The position numbers and the translations under genes are program-made. Below the pieces are notes generated by a model. It worked only from the letters and a program-made list of their open reading frames with translations. It was not told where the DNA came from and made no database searches. A DNA stretch of 63,791 nucleotides, counting the filler, from Octopus bimaculoides (Eukaryota), in NCBI RefSeq assembly GCF_001194135.2. It is 7 parts of 7 records of this genome, joined end to end, with 100 filler letters (N's around TTAATTAATTAA, not from the genome) between each part and the next. Parts side by side here need not be neighbours in the genome. Positions count along the whole stretch, not along the records: positions 1 to 25,031 come from NC_068984.1; 6 more parts are not named here. One strand, 5' to 3'. Below are positions 1-12,611 of this stretch, one piece after another; the first letter of the stretch is position 1; each line of letters opens with the position of its first letter.

Positions 1-229
1 TAATATTAATAATAATAATAATGATGATAATAATAATAATAACCAGGACTTACAAATATATATAACATACAGAAAATTGCACTACTGGGCACTGCACACA
101 TCCTACGCAAAACACTTTCAATACAGTAACCATAAGAGCATCAAAGCAAACCACAGCACATACCCAAGGCACACAGAGCTGCGCTCGGTAGTGAAGTGAA
201 AGCACGTTATAAAAATAAAACTACTGAAC

Positions 230-285
<56 letters not shown>

Positions 286-684
286 TGATGATGATAATGA
301 TAATAATGTAACCTGTAAATGTAATAGTTTCTAACAAAAGGCAATGAAGTGGTAGAATCGATAACAGCATCAGGCAAAATGTAATAAAGACCGGTGTATT
401 GGCAGTATCGGTAGTTGATGGAGAAAATGATTTTCAGTGTTACATGCAACCCTTTGTATTCTGGGTTCATATTTCACTGAGTAGACTTTATCTTTCATAT
501 TTCAAGATTCGATAAAATGAAGCATCATTTAAGTGTAGATCATTACTAATCAACTACATTCTCCTCAGCCAAAACTTAACATAATGGTATTTGATATTTA
601 ACACAATATTATAAGTTCTAACATTATTTCGATGTTATAAGCTCTAACATTGATACTTTGTTAGTTCTTTGGTGTTAATATCGG

Positions 685-895
685 GTTCAAATTTTGTTAC
701 AAGGCCTGTAATTTCGGAGTAGGGGTTAAGTCGATTATATCGACCCCAGTGCTTAATTGATATTTATTTCGTCGACCCTGAAAGGGGATGAAAGACAATG
801 TCGACCTCGGCGGAATTTGAACTTAGAGCGTTAAGACGGACGAAATGCCGCTAAGTATTTTGCCTGGCATGCTAACGATTCTGCCAGCTCACTGC
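685..895 (-). mobile_element. tRNA-derived SINE (octopus-type family 1), minus copy
   Basis: Reverse complement reads ggcagtgagctggcagaatcgttagc...ttcaaattccgccgaggtcgac...ggggtcgatataatcgact, recurring many times in this window. Confidence 0.8.
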
Positions 896-919
896 CTTCT
901 TAGGTGTTAATATAAACAC

Positions 920-1310
920 GATGTAGAAGAATCGTTACAGCGCCGGCAAAAAACACTTAACTGTATTTCTTCCGACTTAATGTTCTGAGTTCAAATGCCT
1001 CCGAGGTCGACTTCCCTTTCATCATTTCCGAGGTCAATAAAATAAACACCAGTTGGATACTATGGTCGAAGCAATCAACTTAACCCCTTCCCCAAAATTG
1101 TTGGCCTTGTGCCAATATTTGAAATCAATATTAGCACAGGGTAAGGGCGACGAGCTGGCAGAATCGTTACCGCGCCGGATAGGGTCGATTTTGCCTTTCA
1201 TCCTTTCGGCATCGAAAAAATAAGGACAAGTTGAGCACTGGGGTCGATGTAATCGACTTGCAACCTCCCCGGCAATTGCTGGCCATGTGCTAAAATTTGA
1301 AACCAATATT
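920..1310 (+). mobile_element. Two tandem SINE family-1 copies (920-1130, 1140-1310)
   Basis: Repeated agaatcgttac...ttctgagttcaaat...gaggtcgact...ggtcga...caaatttgaaaccaatatta blocks. Confidence 0.8.
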
Positions 1311-2389
1311 AGCCCAGTGTCTTAAATTTCCTTTGAATACTGTTATAAAGGATTAAATCGACTGGCACTGTCTTTTCCGAACTTGGAAGAGTGGATGCAG
1401 TAAAGCCGCCCTCGGCTGGATTTGTGCACAGAATTTAAAGGACTTAACTACATGCTCCAAGGAAATTTGTCAACTGCTCTGCCGTTTCTCCAATCCATAA
1501 CATTCAGGGTAAAAAAATACTAGGTCCGATAGAATTTATGATAACCCCCAAACCACCCAAAATACATTAAGTTCGTGTGCCTACGTCTTGAATCAATATA
1601 TCATACATTAATGGTTAATGACGAAGAGCAAATAGTATTTTCTTGGTGAACCGAGTCAAGTGCGTGACTTTTTCATTTCTCGATAGATGTCAATTTACTT
1701 CACTTACATTACTAATATATATAAGCGTCGTACAGTCTCACCACCTCCAATAACACCACTTGGACTCTTTAACAAATTTGACAATCGGAATAACAAATAT
1801 AAACGTTTCGTTTTTACTAAATAAGCTTAACAATCTAGTCACCCCTCATGTCCCATGAGAATCGCTGCAATTTAACAGTTACTTCATCACAACAAATGGG
1901 CTGCCAGAATTAGTCTAGCATAGTCCAATATCAAATTGAAATTTTTCTATATTTTTGATTAAGAGCAGCTCCAGTACATGAATAATAATAAGCTATGTAA
2001 ACAGTTACTATTTTTGAAGTACACACTGTGTATACACATGCTCGGGCACGCGCGCGCGCGCACACACACACACAGAGTTGAAGATAACTATAGTGTGCTG
2101 CATCAATGACTCATCAAATGCATTGCAAGCATTAACCAACTAATTTAGAGGATTTGAAACCCGAACATAAAGGGTCGTAAATAGATAATATTGCATAGCA
2201 TTTTGCTTGACGGTTTAACAATTCTGCCAATCCACCGTCATATATAAACAGAAATACCCTGTATTAGGGGACGAATACGTTTCTGAAAAAAACTTGTAAC
2301 GTAAAATCCCGTAATGCGAATTTAATTTTCCCATTGATTTTCATGTTATAATGCGTTTCGAGGAGGTTTTTCGAAAAAAAAAAACAACA

Positions 2390-2980
2390 AACAAATAAAC
2401 AAGTGGTGTTGCTTTTTTGCTCTCAAGAAATAAAAGTTCTAGTAGGCATAAGCTTCTAGAGAAGTGCACATTCATCAGCAAAATATACATGCTCTGGCAG
2501 CTTCACCAGTCAATTTTATGTTATACAAATTCAAGCGCTTCTTAAACCCTTCCAAACAGCCTTTACTAGCCAGAAGAATATTTTTATTAGAAATTTCACC
2601 TTTGTATTTCTGAAAATCATTGTACAACTTTTTTTTTAAAAATTACGGTCCTGCTTATCGGCATGTGTCGAGTCTGATCCTCGACTCATACACCCAAGAG
2701 ACATTCTATTTTAAGAATTGCATTAGATCTAAGAGAAAATAAGGTTCGATCAGGTAGCGGAGTAACATCTTGAGTCCTTGGCTTAATATTGTCTCTATAG
2801 TCACGTATTGTTTTCACTATAGACGTTGCACGCATCCAATGTTTTGGTAATGTGGATGATATTTTTCTCCCGCTTAAAGCTTTTTAAAATATCAAGCTTA
2901 ATACCAGGTGTAACCCTTTTATAGCTCCTTTTCGCACTGCTATCTTCATTTTCACTTACTGCCCTTTTTCTAGACATCCC
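2390..2980 (-). mobile_element. Tigger/pogo-family DNA transposon fossil (CENP-B HTH and start of DDE)
   Basis: Frameshifted translation MSRKRAVSENEDSSAKRSYKRVTPGIKLDILKSFKREK..., then LASKGCLEGFKKRLNLYNIKLTGEAA and YFADECALL*KLMPTRTFIS. These match Tigger motifs ASxGWFxRFKxR, GEAASAD and DETGLFWKxMPxRT. Confidence 0.8.
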
Positions 2981-3827
2981 GAATCATAGGTTAATCCAAC
3001 AATTATCCACAACAAAGCAGAAAAAATATGTTCCCACGAAAGAACTGTTTTACATCCTGTGGAAAGGAGACGATGGAAGGGTGTACGAGTGGGAGGAATT
3101 ACAGTATGATTACAGTTAGGTTCATAGGTTCGTCACCCCTTGCATCTCAAACTTGATCCTTTAACATTCCCAATTTAATCTCTTCTCTCATATGCATCAC
3201 TGTGACATAGCAGCAAAAGGTTCTTACACTATTTATCTCCAGTTCGATTCAGTATGTGATGTTGATAAGCCTCAAAAATGGCGAAATATTGGTATCAGTC
3301 ACTCTTGAATGGGATTGGAGACGAGTTGTCTCGCCTGTCTATGACTTTCAGGTGCTTTAACAGCCAGCGTTATGAGGGAGTCCTCCCCCAAACCGCTATA
3401 TACAGCGTTCTGACGAACAAGCAAAATACATATATTGAGTATGTGCAGTCGATAATATTTACAACACTAGCACTGCTTTTAAATAAAATAGATCAACAGT
3501 AACATCTTCCTTTTATGGCAAAATATGCACCTAATCCAATAAAATTATGATTACTATGCGTAACATGCAAATTATATCATTTTTTTGTAGATTAGGTGGG
3601 CATAATTCGCCCCTGCCTTTCAATCACAGTATTTAAGCTACGCATAGTACTGCTGTAGTACTCGTGCTGTGTACATTCCTACAACAACGTTTTCTTTACG
3701 CGCTATAAAAGCAAAAGTGAATCTGCCTTCAACTCAGCCACGTGGCTGTTTTTCGATTATTTTTTGTGTGTTTTACTGCATAAAGGTCACCAGCTGCCTA
3801 CCCTGAGTAATTACTGACTGCACGTGC

Positions 3828-3889
<62 letters not shown>

Positions 3890-4256
3890 TATTGAGGGTA
3901 ATGTAATCGACTGACCNNNNNNNNNNNNNNNNNNNNNNNNNNNNNNNNNNNNNNNNNNNNNNNNNNNNNNNNNNNNNNNNNNNNNNNNNNNNNNNNNNNN
4001 NNNNNNNNNNNNNNNNNNNNNNNNNNNNNNNNNNNNNNNNNNNNNNNNNNNNNNNNNNNNNNNNNNNNNNNNNNNNNNNNNNNNNNNNNNNNNNNNNNNN
4101 NNNNNNNNNNNNNNNNNNNNNNNNNNNNNNNNNNNNNNNNNNNNNNNNNNNNNNNNNNNNNNNNNNNNNNNNNNNNNNNNNNNNNNNNNNNNNNNNNNNN
4201 NNNNNNNNNNTATATATATTTATACATATATATATATATATACATTTACATATGTG

Positions 4257-4305
<49 letters not shown>

Positions 4306-4660
4306 GTACATATATATGTATATATGTATGTATATTTATATATATACATATGTGTGCATATATATACATATATATGCATAGTGCATACATATGCGCATAT
4401 GCGTACATATATATATATATACATATATACAGACACACACACACACTCATATATATATATATATATAATACACACACATACGCGCGTGCATAAATATTTG
4501 TTAGTAGTGGCAAATGAGAGAAAAGTGTTCAATATCTAGAGTAGAGTATATGTAACTTCTCTGAAAACCCGAAAACATTGTTCTTGTTGTTATACTACCC
4601 TTTACTATTGAGCTGTTAATAGTAAGGAGACATCAGGTTATGCACTCTGTCAAATGTATT

Positions 4661-5262
4661 TTATCCATTTCTGCTACCTTGTTGTCGTGTTGTCGTAGAT
4701 TAGCTGTCCTCGAACTGAGTTTTAGTTTTTGGATAGTCGGTCGAAAAACTAAGGTGCAACTCACAGATTTATTGTTTCAAATATACTACATCTCCAAGTG
4801 GTAAATTGGCGAAGTCGCTAGAACGTTGAATACAATGTATGTCTGAATCTGCATGAGTGAATGTGTGATGGTGCTAATCTGTGTGTGTGTGTGTGTGTGT
4901 GTGCGTGCGCGTGCGTGTGTGTNNNNNNNNNNNNNNNNNNNNNNNNNNNNNNNNNNNNNNNNNNNNNNNNNNNNNNNNNNNNNNNNNNNNNNNNNNNNNN
5001 NTTATCCATTTCTGCTACCTTGTTGTCGTGTTGTCGTAGATTAGCTGTCCTCGAACTGAGTTTTAGTTTTTGGATAGTCGGTCGAAAAACTAAGGTGCAA
5101 CTCACAGATTTATTGTTTCAAATATACTACATCTCCAAGTGGTAAATTGGCGAAGTCGCTAGAACGTTGAATACAATGTATGTCTGAATCTGCATGAGTG
5201 AATGTGTGATGGTGCTAATCTGTGTGTGTGTGTGTGTGTGTGTGCGTGCGCGTGCGTGTGTG
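4661..5262. repeat. Near-identical ~260-bp direct duplication (4661-4922 and 5002-5262) flanking an N gap
   Basis: The same sequence ttatccatttctgctacc...gtgcgtgtgt occurs on both sides of the gap, probably an assembly or haplotype artefact. Confidence 0.8.
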
Positions 5263-5463
5263 TATGTATGTGTGTATGAGTGTATGAATGCAAGCGTAAG
5301 ACAATGTGAACCACTGCGCATGTGGCTATATGTATGTGTGTATGTGTGCGTGTTCGTATGTGTGTGTATGTGTTTGCATGTGCGTACTTGTATATGTGCT
5401 AGTGCATGCATGTATATGTCAATGATAACTTGCAGTGCTCATACATGTAAACAAATCACCTAC

Positions 5464-5700
5464 CAACACACAAATCTCTGCAAGGAAACGCAGGAATTCG
5501 ACCTGTGCATTTCGGAAAGATGAGGCCGCAATAAAAGCCCATCAGTTGTTTGGAACATCTTCGATCCAGTAAAGGTTCAACTACAGTTCGAAAGCGTTGC
5601 CGAGCAGCAGTCTGGTTATCGTCACCAAACAGATTTGGGAAAAATGTCTGAGAATAACCTAAAGATATACAGGGATGAAACACCAACGGTTGGCAGCGAG
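5464..5700 (-). CDS. Exon encoding the N-terminal ~2/3 of a Frizzled cysteine-rich domain (CRD)
   Basis: tttacag|CT CGC TGC...TGT GTT G|gtaggt. 237 nt, phase 1-1: RCQPLVFHPCISLGYSQTFFPNLFGDDNQ...RRCSKQLMGFYCGLIFPKCTGRIPAFPCRDLCV. Matches Fz hallmarks C-x-P-x5-C, GY-x-x-T-x-x-PN, C-x4-P-x-C and PCR-x-LC. The exon with the last Cys residues was not found. Confidence 0.9.
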
Positions 5701-5769
5701 CTGTAAATAGAGAAATGAGAAAAAGAGCATTAACATATAAATTAATGGTTTCTAATTTAGACAAAAGGT

Positions 5770-5920
5770 TGGCAATATTGAAGTCGATACCGCCTATCCC
5801 AGTACTTCACTGGTACTTTTCGACCCTGGGGGGATGATTGGCAAAGTTTATCTCGGTAGAATCTGACTTCAGAACATAAAGCCTTTTTTCGACGATTCTG
5901 CCAGCTCTCCGCTTTTACTT
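5770..5920 (-). mobile_element. Degenerate SINE family-1 copy
   Basis: gtcgatac...cccagtac...cgaccc...aaagttt...tctgacttcagaac...gattctgccagctc, as in other copies. Confidence 0.65.
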
Positions 5921-6609
5921 GTAAATTTATGGCTAAGACTTAAGGGGTTATTCTTGTCGAAAACATCGGACTGATGCGAACATGCTTTTATGACGGGAAC
6001 TAGTAATGTAAACTATCCTGCCACTGACGACCGGATTACTGCTAACCTATGCTCTAGGAACAGCTCTAGGAACAGCTCAACAGTGTGTCTCTTAGATTAA
6101 ATAAATGGATGTGAATTAATAGATCAAGAATTCGATTTTCTTCTAGCCCATCCTCCAGGCCCGACTCTTCGACATTACTTGTTTTCAGTTTTATAATTTA
6201 ACACTAAATAATAGCAATTAATGTAAAAAAAAAAAATTGAACAAAACAAAAAACGAAAATTTTCAAAGCTTTTTTTGATTATTAAAATGAACTGTTATGA
6301 TTTACCATTTTCCCCATAATATATCCGGTACTAGTAAAAGCTCTGTTACTCAAAACATGGGCTTATTTCATTTAATGGTTAATCCATCTCTGCTGCTAGT
6401 ATCAATGTATAATCTTTCTTTCTGGTGGCCGTCAAGTAGTTATTATAAACTAGGACAAATAAGCAGAGAGGAGAATATTTCATTCAAAATATACAATAGA
6501 AACTTAGGTTTAGGTGAATCTGGTCTTCTTTTATTAAATTACGATTAGTTAAATAAAACAATAAGTAGCAAGTAATATCTAAAAAGGTTTTTCAGTCTGT
6601 CTCATGGCG

Positions 6610-7420
6610 AGAATTGAAAAGGCGTTGCCCCAGAAGATGGCGAAGGAGATGCGCTGGGACAAGCACTGTGACTCAAGGGGCTCGCGCGAATGGATAGCTA
6701 TATCCGCCCCTATATCGGGGAGCAGGGATGTGGTCTAGGGGCCGAGAACGCCGGAGGTATCCCCTGCAACAAGTTCGACCACAAATCTGTCAGAGAATCG
6801 CCGATACTTTGACGGTTTGCCATTCTCGACTTGATGAGCAACTGAACACACCAGGTTGCCGTTGGAAAAGGTATCTCGGCATGTGATATTCCAGATGAGG
6901 GGCNNNNNNNNNNNNNNNNNNNNNNNNNNNNNNNNNNNNNNNNNNNNNNNNNNNNNNNNNNNNNNNNNNNNNNNNNNNNNNNNNNNNNNNNNNNNNNNNN
7001 NNNNNNNNNNNNNNNNNNNNNNNNNNNNNNNNNNNNNNNNNNNNNNNNNNNNNNNNNNNNNNNNNNNNNNNNNNNNGGAAAGCTACCAGCACTATAATGG
7101 AATGACAATGGGTGGAGGCCGACATAATTCACATTGGTTCCGCAGCGATACTTGCGAGGCTCAGATCTAGAGGCCAAGCTTCAGGGAAACACTGATGCAT
7201 AGACAGTCGCAACTAAGCAGAATGCCAGTCGAGAGTGATGGACTGCGTTGAGCCAGGCTTTGCTGTGAGACTGGGAAGCCGAGGGTAAACATGCCAGACG
7301 GTGCTGGTCAAGCCGGCGCACCAGCCAGTCCGAGTTCATACTGCACTGGATGGCGTCCTTTTTGCTTTGGAGTGACCAGACGTTCACAAAGCGGATAGAG
7401 AGATGGACGTCGCAAGGCGA
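6610..7420. repeat. GC-rich interspersed-repeat fragment, probably retrotransposon-derived (family not identified)
   Basis: Abrupt GC/CpG-rich island in AT-rich intron, interrupted by an N gap. No motif confidently recognised. Confidence 0.35.
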
Positions 7421-8339
7421 AGGCTGGGGAGGAAAAAGAACTGCATTTATAGATCTATCTCGAAATGAGAGAATGAAGAAGGCGTTCTGTTGTGTAACTG
7501 TGCTACCAGTTGTTGCTCTGTATATTTTGTCTCAAATTGTTCTTATTATGTTTAATCCATAATTTTAGCAGGTAATCGTTCATATTTGTGTGTTTAATCC
7601 TCATCGAAAACATCGAACCGAAGTAGGATACCATGCTATACTGGACACAACTGAATTACCTATCTTTCTAGCGCTAAGTTGTTGACAAATTATCCGATGA
7701 AATAAATGAAATATTTATGAAGATAAATTTGTATTGTTAAAAATACAGATAATTTGAAAAGAATAGAATTCGTAATACACAATTTGAAGAAAGGAAATGT
7801 CAATCGCTCAACAGAGTATAGTATACTCACTGATTAGACATAAATATGAATAATTCGCGTCTTGTCAGTGGTCCTACTCCATATATTCGGCCTCAAATTA
7901 TGTTTATGATATGTAAAGACCGTTTATATCGCTGCTGTAATTTAATGGTAGTATTAGTGGGAGGCATGAATTCCAAGAAGCTGATTTACCTTGGCTATAT
8001 GATGAAAGCATATTTTCATGCTTGGAATAGTAAAAAGTTGAAGAATAATGAATTACGTCAGAGAATAAAACGTTTTCTTTTTTCATTCTAAAATACGAGA
8101 GATGACACCGAACGTGTTTCATCTGTTTCAGAATTCCTCAGTAGAAATTCGGACTCGCCGTTAAAAGTCAAAGTATTAAGGAACGAATAACTAGGTAAAT
8201 ATACTGAGTAGATATTCTGAATAGAGATGTAACGTAAAGTGAAGATAAAATTTGGTATGTTTTTGTGCTGGCAGACTTTTGATGTGTTGCACTGTTATGA
8301 TACTTCAATGATATAGTATTATGTTCAGAAAGCTTTTAC

Positions 8340-8480
8340 CTGTAATGGGTGCCGTCTCCTCAATACTTCCGCTAGATATGCTGACTTCCGTAGTGTCCAG
8401 TATAATTTTCAGCATGGTGATGTAGAAGTGAATCCGAACTGCAAAGAGTTCTTTGTTCACCAAAGGCATGAATGAACCTC
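8340..8480 (-). CDS. Candidate exon immediately upstream of the Fz exon (unknown domain)
   Basis: Strong polypyrimidine acceptor (cccttttctctcatccaccttgacctgcaccgtttaag|) and CAG|gtaaaa donor. 141 nt. Only the phase 1-1 frame is open (GSFMPLVNKELFAVRIHFYITMLKIILDTTEVSISSGSIEETAPIT), and it joins the Fz exon in frame. Confidence 0.55.
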
Positions 8481-8924
8481 CTTAAACGGTGCAGGTCAAG
8501 GTGGATGAGAGAAAAGGGACAACATTATATACAGTATTAAGAAAGGCAATTAGTTTTGAAAGGTCAGATAACATTAACAATATCAACAACAGCAACAGAA
8601 ACAACAACAACACTATCATAAACTACAACAGCCACAATAACAACATGAACAAATTCAATAGTTGTAGCAATAACAATAGTAGCACCAGATAAAAAAATCT
8701 GCAGCAGCAACAAGGATAACAGCAACAAGGATAACAGCAACAAGGACAACAGCAACAAGGACAACAGCAACAACTACAATAGGAACAGTAACTTCAATAA
8801 CTATAACAGCAGGAGAAATTGCAAGATGAACAGCAGTGACAAGAAGAGATGTAAAAATTCTAACAACAATAGAAGTAACATCAATAAAAACATCAGCCAC
8901 AATGATAATAGTATCAACAGCTGC

Positions 8925-9252
8925 AGTAACTAACTGGCACTCCGTCAGTTACGACGAGTGTTCCAGTTGATCCGATCAACAGAACAGCCTGCTCATAAAA
9001 TTAACGTGAAAGTGGTTGAGCCTACCAGAGAAACGCGTACCCTTAACGTAGTTCTCAGGGAAATTCAGCGTAATACAGAATGTGACAAGGCTAGCCATTT
9101 GAATCATAGGTACAACTCATTTTCGCCTGCTGAGTGAACTAGAGCAACGTGAAATAAAGTGTCTAGCTCAAGAACACAACGCATTGTTGGGAATCGAACT
9201 CACGACCATACGATTGTGAGCCGAATATCCTAACCACTAGGCTACGCACCTC
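8925..9252 (-). mobile_element. tRNA-headed SINE with conserved central (CORE/V/Meta-like) domain
   Basis: Minus strand: gcgtagcctagtggttaggatattcggctcacaatcgtatggtcgtgagttcgattccc (A/B boxes), then ttgagctagacactttatttcacgttgctctagttcactcagc. Confidence 0.75.
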
Positions 9253-9989
9253 CATACAACAACAGTAACTATAACAAGAATAATGACTCCTGCAGCAACT
9301 GCAACATCAACAACAATATCAGGATTAGCAATGACAGAAACAGTAGCAGCAGCAATGGTAACAACAATAGAAGTAGCAGCGGCAGTAACAACGCCTAAAA
9401 TAGCAAAACTATAACAACAATACCAAGAACATGTGCAGTAACAGAAAGATAAGTCCAACGACAGAAAGATAAGTACAGCAGCTGCAATAATATCTCCCGT
9501 GGAACACAGCCCATATAAAAAATACCACTTGTAACAACTGCAAGACATTAAAGAGTGCAGTACAATAACAAATGTCGCTTGAAGAATTACTATTGAAGTA
9601 ACGAACCAAATGAGAAAGACATATACATGATCACTTTACTTTACTAGAAAGAGCATCTCATCTCTTTCATATCACATATCTTTGTAAAAGAAAGAAGAAG
9701 AAAAAACACGATCCTAGATACTCTCCTATATCCAAACAAGATGAGTTAATCTCGATTAAAATGTTTTTGATCATTGATTCGCTCCATCATGGTAACGTCA
9801 TCAATAACAACAACAAAAACAACATATTATATATATGTATTCCATAATAATATTGATATGGGGTTGCCAAACCTCCATGTAGTCACTCGACAGACTAAAT
9901 ATAACTACAAAATCTAAAATCACATACTACGATCTTTAAAAAGGAAGGGCTTTGAATACATTGTCTAAAATATATATACGTATATACTT

Positions 9990-10320
9990 TTAAAGATTAT
10001 CAAACGAAGCACTAGTTTGAGGCGACATCAAAGCACAATTTTGAGATTATATCACCAAAGAAAGTACTAGTTTGAAGATATATCATGAAACAAATTACTA
10101 GGTTCATGATATACCATCAAACACAGTACTAGGTATATAATCAAACAAGCCGTTTCTCAGAGGATACACCATCAAACAAAACACAAATTTTAGCATTAAA
10201 TCCAGAATATATCAAAGCTCTAATTTGAAGGTATATCATCAAACGAAGCATTTGTCTTAGGATATACAATCAAGGATATGTCAGGATATGTCATCAAGCA
10301 AAGTTCTAATTTGAAAGTAT
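9990..10320. repeat. Degenerate ~30-bp minisatellite (consensus ~gatatatcatcaaacgaagcactagtttgaa)
   Basis: About 9-10 imperfect recurrences of atcaaac/tagtttgaag. Confidence 0.6.
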
Positions 10321-10742
10321 TAGGGTTTATGTGTCTAAAAGTGGACATAAATGGGATGTGGTGGGTGCGTACTTTAATGTGGTGTATGTCTGAGTATTGA
10401 GGTGTGCAAATGTGGAAGTGTATAGTGCGTACGTTAGTGGGAGTCTAGGGTGTTTTAAGGACGTGGAGGTGTTATTGGGGGAATGGGGATGTTATTAGAA
10501 ACGTTGGAGTGTTGCGCGTGTGGTTGAAGGTGTTGGGTGTTGTCAAGTGTGTGTAATTATTCGGTGGGGCATGAAAGTGCGTATGGTGAGGTGAGAGCGA
10601 GTGGGACAGTAACAGCTATGTCAAAGGCGTGACTGATGTGTGTGTGCAAGGGTATGACAAAATTACATAGAAGTGTGAAACGGTTTTGTAACAAAGAGAG
10701 GAGTTTAAACTAAAATATGAAAAAGAGAAAATGGTGATAAAC

Positions 10743-10783
<41 letters not shown>

Positions 10784-10810
10784 TGTGCGTGCGCGCACGC
10801 GTTCGTGTGT

Positions 10811-10841
<31 letters not shown>

Positions 10842-12577
10842 CCGGAGTAAGCACATGAAATGTGCAACAAGGTGGAAAAAAGAGTACTCAAATACCAGAG
10901 GTANNNNNNNNNNNNNNNNNNNNNNNNNNNNNNNNNNNNNNNNNNNNNNNNNNNNNNNNNNNNNNNNNNNNNNNNNNNNNNNNNNNNNNNNNNNNNNNNN
11001 NNNNNNNNNNNNNNNNNNNNNNNNNNNNNNNNNNNNNNNNNNNNNNNNNNNNNNNNNNNNNNNNNNNNNNNNNNNNNNNNNNNNNNNNNNNNNNNNNNNN
11101 NNNNNNNNNNNNNNNNNNNNNNNNNNNNNNNNNNNNNNNNNNNNNNNNNNNNNNNNNNNNNNNNNNNNNNNNNNNNNNNNNNNNNNNNNNNNNNNNNNNN
11201 NNNNNNNNNNNNNNNNNNNNNNNNNNNNNNNNNNNNNNNNNNNNNNNNNNNNNNNNNNNNNNNNNNNNNNNATATATATATATATATATATATATACATG
11301 TGCGTGCACATTCACACATAAAACTTCAGTCGATCCCTCATTTTCTGTCAACGAAGATATATGTAGAGATATGGTTCGGTGTTTACATCTGTCTGTCACA
11401 TACAGTGTTGGTTAAAATCTATAGCTATGCTGTACATAGTAACGTTGGGTAGCTAACGCACACCAATATCTTCCATTTCTCGTCCTTTCAACATATGTAA
11501 TGATACTGAAAGCATGACTCTGATAATTAACTAATTTATAAGCATTTTATGATTCTGGAATATTTCATGGAAATAGCAATATATTTTTTATTTTATCGGA
11601 TTTTTTTCCCAGTCGATATTTTCTAACGATTTTTCAGATTTTCATCATTTAGAGAAGAAGCTTTTAATAAATTGTTTTATGGGAAATTTTTTATGGAAAA
11701 TTTTTTATATGCACATTATAAAATAATGATGATGTGCGGATGTAACCATCTCTCTTCAGTTCACCATATTCCAGTGAGAATCCTATCGTCTAGAGTTAAA
11801 TACATTCATACATGCATACATAATCATGAATGCATACATACATGCATACATACTTACGAACGCGCGCACATATTCATATATGTATACGTATGTATGCGTA
11901 TGTATATATATATGTGTAAATATGCATACATGTGTAGAATACACATACACATACTTCACAGGATGCTTCTTAATTGTTCCAAACGAACTATTTTCCACTG
12001 TGAGAGCTGTATAACTAGTTGGAAATTAATTAGAACCATGAAAAACAAGTTATGTGAAGAAAAATAGAACTGATAGAAAAAACAAAAAAAAAGTCACTCA
12101 ACGAATAAGTGTATATATTACTTTGATGGGACATTAGTTAATGTTACTCTGCTTTTATACATACACATATACTCACATATATGTATGAGTATATATATAT
12201 GTATGTATATCTGCATGTATATATATATATGAGTATATATATATATATATATATATGAGTATATATATATATGAGTATATATATATATATAGAGAGAGAG
12301 AGAGATATATATATATAGATATATATATAGAGAGAGAGAGATATATATATATAGAGATTTTAACCCTTGTATTTTAGGGAGCTAGAATTTGTAGGCTGTG
12401 TTTATAAATATTTCTTCAATTTTGTTTCAAACGTGGATATTTTGTAATATATTATTTTAGGCCTCTGAATATACGCAAAAGTTGGGCATTATAAAATGTG
12501 TGCAAATGTTCATGTATAAAAATGGGAACAAAATAAAAATACAATGTTATATATATATATAATATCTATATATTCAA

Positions 12578-12611
<34 letters not shown>

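Noticed and set aside
2960-3056. Apparent phase 1-2 exon with good splice sites (GCKTVLSWEHIFSALLWIIVGLTYDSGCLEKG) after the Fz exon
   Set aside because: It does not supply the expected Fz C-terminal Cys spacing, and its gtaagt donor lies inside the Tigger transposase start (MSRKRAVSENED).
5100-5190. Possible Fz continuation DSDIHCIQRSSDF (gives C-x6-C)
   Set aside because: Poor acceptor inside a microsatellite, a stop before the last two Cys, and it sits in the artefactual duplication.
6306-6449. Strong acceptor/donor pair on minus between the 8340 and 5700 exons
   Set aside because: All three frames contain stops.
8540-9600. Leu/Val-rich ORFs and Thr-rich mucin-like frames
   Set aside because: These are products of cryptic (CAA/CAG)n simple sequence and a 15-bp minirepeat, with frequent stops and no splice support.
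9990-10320. CRISPR-like or coding repeat array
   Set aside because: Units are degenerate and contiguous with no unique spacers, frames are interrupted, and the context is eukaryotic.
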